Positions 42,201-53,276 of a DNA stretch of 64,000 bases are shown here, piece after piece. Every line of letters starts with the position of its first letter. Position 1 is the stretch's first letter. The position numbers and the translations under genes are program-made. The DNA is from Octopus sinensis (lineage: Eukaryota), in assembly GCF_006345805.1 (NCBI RefSeq), contig NC_043000.1, forward strand, positions 126,790,001 to 126,854,000. The letters run 5' to 3'. The notes under the pieces are model-generated. The model was not told the origin of the DNA and ran no database searches. It was given only the letters and a program-made list of their open reading frames with translations.

Positions 42201-45200
42201 TTTAGAATTAAGTACAGTAGTCTGAAAATAAAGTAGTGTTAAGCATATTAAATTGGTTGCTGTTTATCTTAAACTTTCATTCAACTATTAGGTAGCTATG
42301 CTGAGTCTGTCTAAGAATTACAAAAGGGTACACATGCCTGTGGAATACTCAACCACTTATATTTTAATTTACTGAGCAGGAAAGTTAGTTGATTGAACAA
42401 CTAAATCCTCATCACTGAAACTGATAGAGATTCACCCATTGTATATCCGTTATATAGCCAACTTGATGAATTAAACAATACTTGGTTACTGAGACATTTA
42501 ATGGAAGAATATAGGGGTGTTTTCCAATGCCTGTCTTCTGTACTTTAAAGGTTTAAAGCTTAAACAAGGATCAAATTTTAATGTGTGAACCACTGAATTC
42601 CTCACCAATAATCTACTTCCTTTTAATAAATGAAAACATTTTCTAGGTATGGTAAGAAATTCTGAAGAAAAAGTTCAGTGTAAAGCATGGATTGAAGACA
42701 AAAACTTATTCAATATGTAGCGGACTCTCTCTGTTATATATATATACATGAATACACAACTTTGTATGAACATAAGCTAAATTAAATGTATCTAACATGC
42801 AGTGATTCAAAGTTAATTTGCTTTATTTTTATACTGAAAAATAAAAACTGACAGTTTAAAGATGAAATCACATAGAGGAGATAATGGTCTGATAAAGAAA
42901 CAACATAAATCATATTTAATGTATGTTTTATATTTGTCTGTGGTGGTGGTCGTGGTGGTGTCATAAATGTTTAGACTGTATCAATACTAAGTAATTCACA
43001 ATCATAAAACATCTAAATTGCCATAGGAGTTGTTGAACAAAAAAAAAAATGATAAGAAAAAGATGAACCAAACTAAGTTTAAAAATAATTTTTAAAAGAT
43101 TTTGGTTTGATATAAAACATATATAAAAGACAGAAAGGAAAAGCTTAATATAAACAGCTTTACATATAATCCTGATCAACATATAATTCTTACAAGGTGT
43201 GGGTGTCAGGAAGAAATCAAAAACTAATCTTTACATACCTCAATTTCTTCATATATACTTTCTTTCTCTGATAACTGGGAGTCGCTATATTCTGCAAGAT
43301 CATTTTCAATACTTCCAAGCCAGTTTGAGAAACTATTGTAATCTCGGAGAAATATCTTCCAAAGTCTCCATGTTTCTTCAATGCTAAAATGAAATAACAA
43401 ACAAGAATATGTGAAAGAAAGCAAGAGCTGACTAGAAGAGACAAAAATTATATGAGAAAATAAAAATAAAAAAATAAGGTAATACAATGCATTTTTATCA
43501 AATAACAAAAATTTAGATATTTTTCAACTATTTTCTTCATTTCCTTTACACAAAAATAAAAACATTGACTTATATTTTATGCTTATGCTAAAAGAGTTCT
43601 TGAACAAATGAATTATCTGGAGGTTTTTCTTTTATTAATTCTTTCTATTAACATATTCACTCAATTTCTCATCAACTATACCTATAGCTTACATATTAAC
43701 TGTAGCTGTGACAATCACCAAACATTCTACACTAATAGGCAAAGAATATTAGGATGATTCTTGTACTTACATTTCATACTATCTGTATAGAGATATTCTG
43801 TTTAATCTTTACAGAATTAAAGCAAGCTAATCCAATACATTAATTCAGATAGTGAAAATAAAAGAAAGCCATTTGTCTGACAACTAAACACACCCTCACT
43901 AAGTAACATGCTTTAACCATTACCTCACAGACAGACCATCTCCTCTTTGTACTTCTATCATTACTGCAACAACCTCTATTAGTCTAACTATCCTAGCTAC
44001 CTTCTCACTCCATTTAGGCCAGCCACGTAACTCATTTCTCTTTCTCCTCTTGTCATTCTTATAGCTTCCTCCCCATATCACAGATTTTGCACTAAACATT
44101 TTTCCTAGCTCTTCCTTCCCAGAATTCCAACCTTCTGGAATCCTCTTCTTGTCCACATTTTCGTTTTTCTTGAAAATATTGGCTAGGTGGTGTTCAAATT
44201 GAATATCAATGGCATTTGGTCTCATGGCAGTGTGAGTGTAACCTGTAATTGTCACAGACAATATTTCAGTCTCACTGGAGTGTGAGTCTGATCTAAAGAT
44301 ATCAAAAACACTACTGTTCTTCCTCTAATGAATTTAGAAAACAAATGAAAGGTGAACTCACCATGCATGTCTTTCAGGTAATAAAAGACAGATAGTTTTC
44401 CATCGCTTGTCAAGAGTATTCTTGGCTTCGTTGAGAGCATTGTATTCGGCTTCAGTTCGGCAGGCATCCGTATCATGTAGAAGAACTTCACAAAGATTAT
44501 GTACCGAAGCAATACCATTGCTGTAACGTTCAGTCTCTCTCTGCAAGCCCTGTGTTCAAAAGGAAAAAATAAAATGATACAGAAATTAACAAACTACATT
44601 TCTGGTCTTTCACTCTGTAATATTAGACCAGTGGTTCTCAACCGGGGTCCATATGGCCCTTGTTGGTCTGCATTTGATTCCATTACTAAAATTTATGTGC
44701 AACAAATTGGTTATACTTCAATACACAAAATATTTTCATAATTCTTTTTTATACAATTTCTAATAATATCTAATTATAAAAATTTAATAGGATTTCTTAA
44801 ACATCGAATGGTTATGAGGGTCCACCTGAGTAAAATAGGAATCAAAAGGGTCCATAGATAAAAAATAGTTGAGAATCACTGTATTATAAGAATGTGCAGA
44901 TGCCAGTGGAATACTCAACCAGTTATATGTTAATTTACTGAGCAGGAAATTTAGTTGATTGAACAACTAAATCCTCATCACTGAAACTGATAGAAATTCA
45001 ACCATTGTATATCCATTATATAGCCAACTTGATGAATTAAACAATACTTGGTTACTGAGACATTTAATGGAAGAATATAGGGGTGTTTTCCAATGCCTGT
45101 TTTCTGTACTTTAAAGGTCTGAGAGTTGGACATGTTTGTTTGCTTTAGAGTATAGAACCAGGATATTTTCAATACAGCTCAGAAAACAAAATCTCAAAAG

Positions 45201-47461
45201 ACAGTGTTTACACTGAGAACCATTGATTGACTCATTGGCCCACTCTTACAGCTCAAATGTTCATGAAGGTTATTCCTTATATGTGTATTCTTTACATTGT
45301 TATCATTGTCATCATCGTCGTCATTATCATCATCATCACTAAACACATTTTCATGTTTGTTATTTCTTTATTGCCCACAAAGGGCTAAACATAGAGGGGA
45401 CAAACAAGGACAGACAAAGGGATTAAGTTGATTACATTGACCCCACTGCGTAACTGGTACTTAATTTATCGACCTCGAAAGGATGAAAGGCAAAGTTAAC
45501 CTCGGCGGAATTTGAACTCAGAACATAACAGCAGATGAAATACCTATTTCTTTACTACCCACAAGGAGCTAAACACAGAGGAGACAAACAAGGACAGACA
45601 AAGTGATTAAGTCGATTACATTGACCCCAGTGCATAACTGGTACTTATTTAATCAACCCCGAAAGGATGAAAGGCAAAGTTGACCTTGGTGGAATTTTAA
45701 CTCAGAAGGTAACAGCAGACGAAATACCACGAAGCAGTTCGCCTGGTGTGCTAACGCTTCTGCCAGCTCGCTGCCTTTTCATGTTTGTATGGGTTAGATG
45801 GACTTTGTTGAAGTATATTTTCTATGGTTGGATGCCCTTCCTGTTGCCAACCCCTATCTATTTCCTAGCAAGCTAATATTTTCCCATGGCATGTTTTTTC
45901 CATTGAAGACTGGAATCAAGCAACAATGTGATAGTGATGCTATCATGCACACACACATTCAACAGGCTTTTTTCAGTTTCTGTCTACCAAACCCACTCAC
46001 AAGGCTTTTGTTGGCTTGGGACTGTAGTAAGACACTTTTGCCCAAGTTACCACATAGTAGGATTGGTAAAAAAAACTCCATATAATATTCAAAGTTCAAC
46101 TAAACTAAATCCTTTCTCCAGTATTTCCAAAGCTTTTCTATTAGTTTATCAATTAAACAAAGGAGTAACAACTACCTTAATAAATATCCTAAATACTATT
46201 GCTACAACACCAGATGCTGTTCCTTGAGGCTGCTGGTCTTGTAACCTCCTCCTGTCAGGCATTCCTGACCCCCTTGGCTTTTTTACTGCTTATCACTCTT
46301 GTTCTGTCCAATCTTCCTCTTCTCCCAGGAATTTCACTAACCACTTTGCATAGTCCTTCCTCAGAATCTTCTTACTGGTCATGTCTTTCTTGCAGGTGTT
46401 GATTTGCAACCGTTCAAACTCTTAGTATTTAAACTGGTCATATGTGGCCTAAATATTCTATTTTATATTCAAACCGGTTACATCCAACCTGTCACACCTA
46501 CCCTACAATGTCTTCTAAAAGAAATCAATTGCATCATCAAAATATCGAAGCTACAAGATAATGCAGAAATGATTCAACACAATGTAAGTAAATAACCATT
46601 ACATTTGACAGAGTAATCTGAATAGTATATATTAGGAGAGTCAGGAAAAAGAAAAAAGATAAAAAGAAAAAAAATATTTAGTACGGTGCAGTCATGATGG
46701 ATATGTAGTTAATAAGTTTGTTTCACAAATACGTGGCTTCAGGGGTTAATGGATCAATCTTTGTGAAAGTATCTTTCTTCTATGATAACCTTGGGAGTGA
46801 AATTTAATTGACAGAGACTGTATGAAAAATCATTGGAAGAACTAATCTTGGGTGGATTTAACCTGGTTCCTGTCTAAACACTCATATTCTATTGACTAAA
46901 CTTCCTTTGAGCCCAAATGTCTCATAAATTCTCTTTCATATTTCTGAGTTACAACTGCAGGATGAAAAAAAGTCCAAAAAAACATCACCTCAAAAGCAAG
47001 CCTAAATTATATGCAGCAAATACAACATAGATTTATTCTTTCATTTTATGCAGATGTCAAATAAAGAATAATTTGGGGCTCTTATTATTCCAGTCAAATA
47101 TTTTACAAATAGAACTCTGATCAAAATATCTGGAATTTCGTTATTCACAATGACAGATATTTTCACACACAAAGCGGTACATATTTTCCAGTGAAATTAT
47201 CGGAGGCAAATAGAATCAAGTTTATTGTTCATAATCGAATGAGTGGAATGGAATACAAGCAGTACAAACTCATAAAGCAATGTATATTGCAATGGAATAT
47301 TTAATCCAAACCAATATATCAAGCTTTTGTCTTTGAAAATCACAGGCTGACAGTTGCTTCACGTGGAAAATTGCAACTTGTGTATAGATAATAAATATAT
47401 GAAAAAGGTGATAATATAAATATATAGGAATGTGAACATGCATGAAAGTGTGTACACACAC

Positions 47462-47492
<31 letters not shown>

Positions 47493-47618
47493 TACAAACA
47501 CATCTTTTGTCATATGCATGGCTATGCAGTTAATAATTTCATTTTACAACAACACACTTGTGAGGTTTGATCCTACAGCGTGGCACCTCAGATATGTATA
47601 TCTGAAGATAGTCAATGG

Positions 47619-47654
<36 letters not shown>

Positions 47655-47980
47655 ACGCACACGTAAAAGAGGATGATGATGGTGATGGTCTATATGTGTG
47701 TGTGTCTACGCATATCTGTGTTTGTGCGAGTTCATATCTTCCCTAATCTTCATGTGTATTTGTTGACTGTAAACAAAAGGTTCATTCAGATGGTGTCATT
47801 CATTTCCCATTCACCATTGTATCCATATTTGTTGTATGATAGACAGGACAGGGGTATATTACCTTGCTTGGGAACAGGAGAGGGTTGTTGATAACAGAAA
47901 AGTAATCCATCCACAGAAAAATTTGCCTCAATGAATCTTGTCTGACCCATGCAAGCATGGCAAAGTGGATGTTAAGATGA

Positions 47981-48021
<41 letters not shown>

Positions 48022-48421
48022 CATAGGAGTGGCTGTGTGGTAAGTAACTTACTTATGAACCACATGGTTCTGGGTTCAGTCCCAATGCATGGCACCTTGG
48101 GCAAGTGTTATTTACTATGGCCTCGGACCGACCAAAGCCTTGTGAGTGGATTTGGTAGACAGAAACTGAAAGAAGCCCATCGTATATATGTATGTGTATG
48201 CGTGTGTATATGTTTGTGCGTTTCTGTTTGTCCCCCCAGCATCACTTGACAACCGATGCTGGTGTGTTTACACCCCCGTAACATAGTGGTTCAGCAAAAG
48301 AGACTGATAGAATAAGTACTAGGCTTACAAAGAATAAGTCCTAGGGTCGATTTGCTCGACTAAAGGTGATGCTCCAGCATGACCACAGTCAAATGACTGA
48401 AACAAGTAAAAGAGTAAAAGA

Positions 48422-48509
<88 letters not shown>

Positions 48510-51500
48510 CTGAGTAAACTGCTAGGCAAAATTTGCCCAATCAAAATGAATTTTATGATAAATTTAACTCTGTGATTAGTATTCAGCCCTTCCACCATTA
48601 AATATTTAGCTGTTATCTTTAAAATTTCTTTAAAAGAAGCAAAAAAAAAAGAACATTTATACATACACTCATAATAAGCAGAAGCTTACTCTGTGTATGT
48701 GTGTGTGTGGGGGGGGGGCATATATTTGCAAGACATTGGCTAACCCGAAGCTACAACAGAAAACGTTTGTCTAAGGTGCTTTACAGTGAAATTGAAACTG
48801 GAACTATGTAGTTACAAAATGAATTTTTAAACCATCCAGCTACTCCTTGACATTTAAAAAATTGGACATGTCTCATTTGTAACTTTGGTACAAAATCAAA
48901 AAATTATTATAGACAGGAAATGAGGTGATAGTCTTTAAAACAAAAGTGGTGAGCTGGCAGAAATGTTAGCATGCCAGGTGAAATGCTTAGCAGTATTTCG
49001 TTGATCTTTATGTTCTGATTTCAAATTCCACCAAAGTTGATTTTGCATTTCATCCTTTAGGAGTTGATAAATTAAGTACCAGTTGCATATTGAGGTTGGT
49101 CTGTTTTGATTGCCCCCCCCCCCCTCCCCGAAGAATAGTAGCATAAGTGAAGTGAATTAGCTTCGTCTGGAACTTGTGTACTGCCACAGTTGGCTGAAGC
49201 TTACTTATTTCATTGAAATGTTGTCCACATTGAATAAACATATAAATGATACATAATACTAATCAGTGCTTTCTTGAGTAAAGGCACACAACCTAGTGGT
49301 TAAGGTATTTAGCTCATAGTCATCAGGTTTGGGGATCAATTCATGGACTGAGCTAGATGTTCCCCTGGCTCCAGAAGGGTATCTAAGTCTGCTTGTGACT
49401 ACACAAACACCTAAAACAAATAGCTAAAAATCATGGCACACATTTCCAAGCCATATTTGCTCATGAGTGATGGCTGGCTATGTTCTATTTTGCACTTTCT
49501 TGAGAAGATGATTGCTTTTATAACCTCTGTCTGTCTTTCTCTCTCCTCCTCCTCCTCCTCTTCCTCCCTCTCTCAGTATCTTTCTCATATATACAAGTAT
49601 TAACCTTTTTAATACACCAGGCTATTTTAACATTTGTAACCAACTGATTCATTGTATTCACTTCCTATTTCATTAATAATAAGTGCTCTAAAAGGTTAAT
49701 TACCATCTTCCTCTTCTTTGTAATTGTAATCAAATCACTCATATATTAACCTCTCTATTTCCATATTTGCAGCAGTTGAACCGATTTTTGAAAGTTTTCT
49801 CTCTCCAGCTGTTTCTATTCTGATTTCCTTTGTTATGGCCAACTGTCTGAAACCAGCACCAGCTATCTTACTATCTTCCTCTTTACACAACGGCTGTTTA
49901 GTTCATCATCTACTTCTTGCTTTATATCCCATATTTAATTAATTCTTATTGTTAATTCTGGTCAAATATTTATAGATTGATTCTTCCTTTTTTTTTGTCT
50001 TCGTTATGAATTAATATCTAATCTAAGAGAAGACATTATTCACTTATAAAATTTATGGAAATCATTTAAAATCTCTTAAACATATATACATATTAATATT
50101 CTATAAATCATATCTGGGAATAGAGATAGTCTTTATAGCAAAGAATTTATCATAAGAAGTGCTAATATATAAAAATAACAAACTGATTCATAATTTATAA
50201 GTAATAGACAAGAGGACAGTCAGAAATAAACATATAAAACTGACAAAAAAAAAACTGAAAACAACAAAAAAACCCATTACCGACAAAATAAATTTTGTTA
50301 GGAAAATGTTTCTTTTCTTTGTGCATTCAAGAATTATTGTATTTTGAAGAACATCTAACAAAAATAAATTGTTTTATCTAATTTCATTGGAAGAAAAACA
50401 TATTATTTATTTAGGCAACATGTGGATTTATCTTTTTAACAATGTCTTTTATTTTTTATCTTATACTTGTTTCAGCTACTGCTGGAGCACCACCTTAGAG
50501 GGTTTAGTCAAATAAATCAAGTCCAGCACTTATTTCTTTAAAGTTTGGTGCTTATTCTATTGGTCTCCTTTGCCAAACTGCTAAGTTACTGAGGTGTAAA
50601 CAAGCCAATGCTAGTTGTTATGCTGTCATAGGAGACGAAAAGACAAAGATACTTGCAAACACACACACGAACAGATACACATACACACACAAACAAACCT
50701 TTCCCCACATGATAGGCTTAATTTCCATCTACCAAACTCATATGGCACTGGTTGGCCTGGGGCTATAATAGAAGACACTTGACCAAAGTGTTACAAAGTG
50801 GAAATGTATCTGAACCCATGTGGCTGCCAAGTGAGCTTCTTAACTACACATCCAGGCCTGCACACTTCAGACCTGCCACCAACATACAAAAACTGGTTTT
50901 CAAATGTCATATCAAATGTCCACACTAAATGTGAAGAAAATAAACAAAATTTTTGAGTAACATACTAAAAGGTGGCAGAGCCCTTACCTGATGGTGCTCT
51001 AGTTTTGTCTCTATCTCCTGATGATCACACTTAGTAAATGTCAAAGGAGGGAACAATTCATCTTCCATGTGCTTCAACCAGTTCTGAAGTTCCTTCATAT
51101 TGACGTCTAACTGTTGCACAGCTAGCATAGTTTCTTCTAGTTTGTGCTTCCTGATAAAAGAATTAAAAAAATCAATAACCAATTTTAAAATCTTTTTTGT
51201 TTCCTAAATTTTGCACAAACTGACAATTTTGGAAATCCTTTAAAAGTATGTATTGTTTCCACCCATTCCCAAAACATTCTGGCAAACTGAAACATGATTA
51301 TGCTGACCACTGTTGTATTTCATCATCAGAGAACATCTTTTAGACACTATTATGAATACACATTGCCTAGAGGGAGAAAATAATCTTTGACAATGAAATA
51401 CAACAATGAGCAGCATATTCATGTTTGAATCTGCCAGACTGTATGACAATAAATAGAATTGTTAGCATGCTGGGTGAAATGCTTAACGGTATTTCGTCTG

Positions 51501-53276
51501 CCGTTATGTTCTGAGTTCAAATTCCGCCGGGGTCGACTTTACCTTTCATCCTTTCGGGGTCGATAAATTAAGTACCAGTTATGCACTGGGGTCAATGTAA
51601 TCGACTTAATCCCTTTGTCTGTCCTTGTTTGTCGCCTCTATGTTTAGCACCTTGTGGGCAATAAAGAAATAAGAAATGTTATTGTTTAGATTCCCACTGT
51701 TGTCCATGTACCTCATGACTTAAAACAGATTTCTGTGAAATTTATATAGTCCTTATTACATGCTGCTTCATTTGGAAAAAAAAAGTCGCACATGAATGGA
51801 AATTGAAATTTTTAAATGGCTTGCAAAGGACTAAGGGAAGTGAATTTGAGCAACAATATATATTATCTAAAGATGGGCATTGGTGTCATCATCATCATCA
51901 TCATCATTTAACATCCATTGTTCATGCTGACATGGGTTGGCCGAGTTGGCAGAATCGTTAGCACGTTGGGCGAAATGCTTTGCGGTATTTTGTCTGCTGC
52001 TACGTTCTGAGTTCAAATACAGCAGAGGTCGACTTTGCCTTTCATCCTTTTGGGGTTGATAAATTAAGTACCAGTTATGCACTGGGGTCGATGTAATCGA
52101 CTTAATCCGTTTGTCTGTCCTCTCTGTGTTTAGCTCCTTGTGGGTAGTAAAGAAATAGGTTTGACTGGACTGGCATGCTGCACCAGGCTCCAGTCTGATT
52201 TGGCATGGTTTTCTATGGCTGGATGCCCTTCCTAATGCCAACCACACTGGCATGGGTTCCATTTGCATGACACCAGTATTTGCCATGATTGTGATTTTGC
52301 TCGGCTTGATGGGTCTTCATCTAAAGCACAACATAATGCCAAAGGTCTTGGTCATTGCCTCTGTGAGGCCCAACACTAGAAAGGAACTCAGCCACTTTGC
52401 CTCCATGAGGCCTAATGCTCGAAAGGAACTTAGCCACCTTGCCTCCATGAGGTCCTATACTTGAAAGGAAGTCAGCCACTTTATGAAGTGCAATTAAAAA
52501 CAATATTTATCTCTAGCACAGGCACAAGACCAACAATTTTGAAAGGACAGGGTTAGTCAAATATATCAATTCTGGTATTGTAGATCAGCTCAAATATATC
52601 TGGGATATGTTTGAACATCTGAAGGCTTTTCACTGCTGTTTGCTGTGGAGAAGAAAATTCTTGTTTAGACAAAAGTGTTAGAACACTGTAGCCAGCTCAG
52701 AGTGCCCTGAGACATATTTGAACCTATAAAAGCTTTTTACTGCAGTATGCTGCGGAGAAAAAAAATTCTCACTTTAGGCAAAAAGGTGGTATTTTATTTT
52801 ATTGAGCCCTGAAAGGATGAAAGGAAAATTTGACCCCAACGGTATTTGAATTTAAAACGTAACGAGCTGGGAGAATTACCATTGTGCAGTGAAAGTGTGC
52901 AATAAAAATAAGATGAGTGAATTACAATAACAACAACAAAAATAATAAATACAAAACACAATTCTGAACTCCCCCCACAGTGCAAGACACACCAAAAATT
53001 TAAATGTGCAATGGGTGCTGCAATAGAAGCTCATATGAAACTTGAAAAACATGATGACAATGAAGATGATAATAATGATAATAATAATAATTAGCAACAA
53101 TATACTCACCTGTTGTTGATTACACTTTGCAAATGTTGCCATTTTTGATCAGCTTGCTGAACCCTGCAGTCAATTTCTGCTCTATGTCTCTCGCCACTCC
53201 TTTCCTTTAGAACCTTGCTCTCTGAGACTAATTCCTCTTTCTCGGTTTCTCTTTTTTTGAGTTCACTGTCATATTC
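3838..53276 (-). CDS. SYNE1: Nesprin-1-like giant spectrin-repeat protein, C-terminal part; at least 16 exons; open at the 5' end (right edge) and probably at the 3' end (left edge)
   Basis: Joined exons give e.g. [25 protein letters not shown]...[40 protein letters not shown] and DRWNRL...W..F..DL..L.AWL. These match human nesprin-1 as recalled from memory ([45 protein letters not shown]). Every junction is GT-AG and exon phases chain without frameshift. BLASTP was not run. Confidence 0.93.
4285..4380 (-). CDS. Candidate cassette exon P (96 nt, phase 0->0): [32 protein letters not shown]
   Basis: Strong acceptor tactttccatttttttcag|G and donor TTG|gtgagt; open only in phase 0. Composition is T-rich and intron-like, and there is no homology support. 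Confidence 0.38.
4423..4642. mobile_element. piggyBac-type MITE, family 1
   Basis: TTAA|CCCTTT...AAAGGG|TTTA; highly similar to the 57498-57700 copy. Confidence 0.75.
5986..6589 (+). mobile_element. Non-autonomous Helitron-like element
   Basis: A|TCTGTATATATAAAT start; ends with degenerate hairpin CCTGGGCAAAGTTGGG then CTAG|T; no TSD. Confidence 0.55.
7461..7678. mobile_element. piggyBac-type MITE, family 2
   Basis: TTAA|CTCTTTAGCATT...AATGCTAAAGGG|TTAA. Confidence 0.7.
8230..8650 (+). mobile_element. Decayed CR1/L2-clade LINE, ORF2 3' end
   Basis: [16 protein letters not shown] (LEY..W motif), SHSYKL (GHxxKL) and [11 protein letters not shown] (WNxLPxEVV), with stops and frameshifts. Confidence 0.75.
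12429..12885 (+). mobile_element. Two tandem tRNA-derived SINEs, family B, separated by (TTA)n
   Basis: A box TGGCAGAATCG, B box GAGTTCGAATTCC, body CCTTTCATCC...GATAAATTAAGTACCAG. Confidence 0.85.
16647..16709 (-). CDS. SYNE1: Nesprin tail-linker exon O (63 nt, phase 0->0): [21 protein letters not shown]
   Basis: Not in the ORF track. Acceptor atttccttacag|CGA; donor AAG|gtaagc; GC-richer island that is open in the expected phase. Confidence 0.78.
17640..17975 (-). mobile_element. Family D interspersed repeat with tRNA-like head
   Basis: CTTGCTCAAG..CACAAC...GGAATTGAACTCACAACCTT..GAT..TGAG...CCCTAACCAC motif recurs at about 1590, 19250, 35700 and 57900. Confidence 0.65.
19499..19708 (-). 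CDS. SYNE1: Nesprin exon N (210 nt, phase 0->0): [20 protein letters not shown]...DFQKLL; last spectrin repeat
   Basis: Acceptor cattcttcgatttcag|CTT; donor TTG|gtaagt. Confidence 0.92.
21612..21900. repeat. Fold-back of a family C repeat; stem about 130 bp, 19-nt loop
   Basis: 21612-21743 is the reverse complement of 21763-21900. Confidence 0.9.
22497..22693. mobile_element. piggyBac-type MITE, diverged copy
   Basis: TTAA|CCCTTT...AAAAGGG|TTAA. Confidence 0.65.
23440..23648. repeat. Perfect 42-bp inverted repeat with 125-bp AT-rich spacer
   Basis: AAATTAAATTAGAGATAAAACCACTATTAGGCAACTCAAACA at 23440-23481 and its reverse complement at 23607-23648. Confidence 0.92.
23929..24181. repeat. Long quasi-palindrome; arms about 120 bp, loop about 10 nt
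   Basis: 23929-24051 pairs with 24063-24181, with one indel in each arm. Confidence 0.92.
24908..25237 (-). CDS. SYNE1: Nesprin exon M (330 nt, phase 0->0): [21 protein letters not shown]...KYSKLK
   Basis: Acceptor cttcttttattacag|ACT; donor AAG|gtaagc; contains MNKRW motif. Confidence 0.94.
26194..26399 (-). CDS. SYNE1: Nesprin exon L (206 nt, phase 1->0): [14 protein letters not shown]...ICKKLK
   Basis: Acceptor ttttcattgcag|AT; donor AAG|gtaaga; DRW and W-F-DL-AWL spectrin motifs. Confidence 0.95.
26679..26723 (-). ncRNA. Minimal type I hammerhead ribozyme-like motif, sense to the nesprin pre-mRNA, probably impaired
   Basis: GTAC-CTGAAGA-GACCC(caactgat)GGGTC-GAAAC-atata-TT-GTAC followed by CCAATAAA. 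Core and 5-bp stem II are intact; stem III has a C.A mismatch. Confidence 0.6.
26806..26850 (+). ncRNA. Minimal type I hammerhead ribozyme-like motif, antisense to nesprin
   Basis: GTAC-CTGAAGA-AAC(...)GTT-GAAAC-atac-GTT-GTAC. Stem I GUAC/GUAC, 2-bp stem III, GUU triplet; stem II reduced to 3 bp. Confidence 0.55.
27779..27893 (-). CDS. SYNE1: Nesprin exon K (115 nt, phase 0->1): [38 protein letters not shown]
   Basis: Not in the ORF track. Acceptor tttttcttcag|ATT; donor CCA|gtaagt; bridges phases J->L; resembles recalled MKLLGECSSSIDSV. Confidence 0.9.
28355..28557 (-). CDS. SYNE1: Nesprin exon J (203 nt, phase 1->0): GLYFSRDD...[18 protein letters not shown]
   Basis: Acceptor ttttctgttttctag|GA; donor TAC|gtaagt; TPxGPELD motif. 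Confidence 0.93.
31700..31765 (-). CDS. SYNE1: Nesprin linker exon I (66 nt, phase 1->1): [22 protein letters not shown]
   Basis: Acceptor ttttctttttttgattcttaccaag|GT; donor CTG|gtaatt; 58/66 nt identical to exon H with no indels. Confidence 0.7.
32557..32622 (-). CDS. SYNE1: Nesprin linker exon H (66 nt, phase 1->1): [22 protein letters not shown]
   Basis: Acceptor ttttcttttattgaattttaccaag|AT; donor CTG|gtaatt; open in phase 1; paralogous to exon I. Confidence 0.7.
32917..33359 (-). mobile_element. tRNA-derived SINE, family A; near-consensus copy inserted in the duplicated exon cluster
   Basis: Full head and tail; retains many CpGs. Confidence 0.9.
34587..34683 (-). CDS. SYNE1: Nesprin linker exon G (97 nt, phase 0->1): [32 protein letters not shown](G/D)
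   Basis: Acceptor ttttctcttttactag|GTT; donor TTG|gtaatt; supplies the phase 0->1 change needed between exons F and J. Confidence 0.8.
35855..36425 (-). mobile_element. SINE family A copy with expanded internal microsatellite
   Basis: Tail at 35855-36020; head at 36320-36425. Confidence 0.75.
36913..37539 (+). mobile_element. Non-autonomous Helitron-like element
   Basis: A|TCTCTATATATATAAAAG start; subterminal GAGTGCTGAGCATCTC imperfect hairpin, then CTAG|T. Confidence 0.55.
37958..38158 (-). CDS. SYNE1: Nesprin exon F (201 nt, phase 0->0): [14 protein letters not shown]...NAGKDI
   Basis: Acceptor cattacttctag|GAA; donor ATA|gtaatt; heptad pattern continues the spectrin repeat. Confidence 0.9.
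40760..41045 (-). mobile_element. Family C interspersed repeat with (GAT)n tail; SINE or LINE 3'-like
   Basis: (CAT)n-GTTTAACGTCTGCTTTCCATGCTAGCATGGGTTGGAC... recurs at about 10003, 18830, 19830, 21625, 47940 and 62210. Confidence 0.75.
41772..42086 (-). CDS. SYNE1: Nesprin exon E (315 nt, phase 0->0): [20 protein letters not shown]...NIKCLS
   Basis: Acceptor tattcttcag|AGC; donor TCT|gtaagt; contains INKQY, NERWDNL and W-L-D-D motifs. Confidence 0.96.
43239..43383 (-). CDS. SYNE1: Nesprin exon D (145 nt, phase 2->0): [15 protein letters not shown]...EEIE
   Basis: Acceptor tttcattttag|C; donor GAG|gtatgt; IEETWRLW is identical to the recalled human motif. Confidence 0.97.
44362..44549 (-). 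CDS. SYNE1: Nesprin exon C (188 nt, phase 0->2): [26 protein letters not shown]...ERHA(C)
   Basis: Acceptor ttttgaacacag|GGC; donor CATG|gtgagt; strongest nesprin-1 signature in the window. Confidence 0.97.
44629..44881. mobile_element. hAT-type MITE
   Basis: TIRs CAGTGGTTCTCAAC / GTTGAGAATCACTG; imperfect 8-bp TSD TATTAGAC / TATTATAA. Confidence 0.75.
45362..45776 (-). mobile_element. Two tandem SINEs, family B
   Basis: Reverse complements of the 12429-type element. Confidence 0.85.
48019..48423 (+). mobile_element. tRNA-derived SINE, family A
   Basis: AGGAGTGGCTGTGTGGTAAG head to AAAAGAGTAAAAGAG tail. Confidence 0.9.
50988..51150 (-). CDS. SYNE1: Nesprin exon B (163 nt, phase 2->0): [25 protein letters not shown]...KLEHHQ
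   Basis: Acceptor cttttatcag|G; donor CAG|gtaagg; resembles recalled human KLKETLVAVQQLDKNM. Confidence 0.95.
51455..52160 (+). mobile_element. Two SINE family B copies (51455-51672, 51940-52160)
   Basis: Same head, body and AATAAAGAAATAA tail. Confidence 0.85.
52357..52482. repeat. Three ~42-bp tandem units
   Basis: GCCTC..TGAGG.C..A..CT.GAAAGGAA.T.AGCCAC.TT repeated three times. Confidence 0.85.
53110..53276 (-). CDS. SYNE1: Nesprin exon A (167 nt, phase 0->2): EYDSELKK...[15 protein letters not shown](R)
   Basis: Acceptor ctaccttcag|GAA; donor AACAG|gtgagt; spectrin-repeat helix C containing W. Confidence 0.92.

Larger units (their letters stand above)
42334..45118. repeat. 219-bp direct repeat pair (42334-42552, 44900-45118), 8 mismatches by manual count
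   Basis: Direct base-by-base comparison. Confidence 0.92.

Noticed and set aside
43920-44261. 113-aa minus-strand ORF in intron C-D with plausible splice sites (43924-44242)
   Set aside because: It would be phase 1->2 (319 nt) between a phase-2 donor and a phase-2 acceptor, causing a frameshift. It has no spectrin-like pattern.
46190-46420. GC-richer stretch reading [22 protein letters not shown] on the minus strand
   Set aside because: It has stops and no splice sites, and exons B and C already join contiguously. It is probably an old transposon fragment I cannot assign.
52357-52482. Regularly spaced 42-bp repeats (and the 65-bp units at 61.9-62.2 kb) as a CRISPR-like array
   Set aside because: They are contiguous tandem units without unique spacers, inside eukaryotic interspersed repeats, with no cas genes
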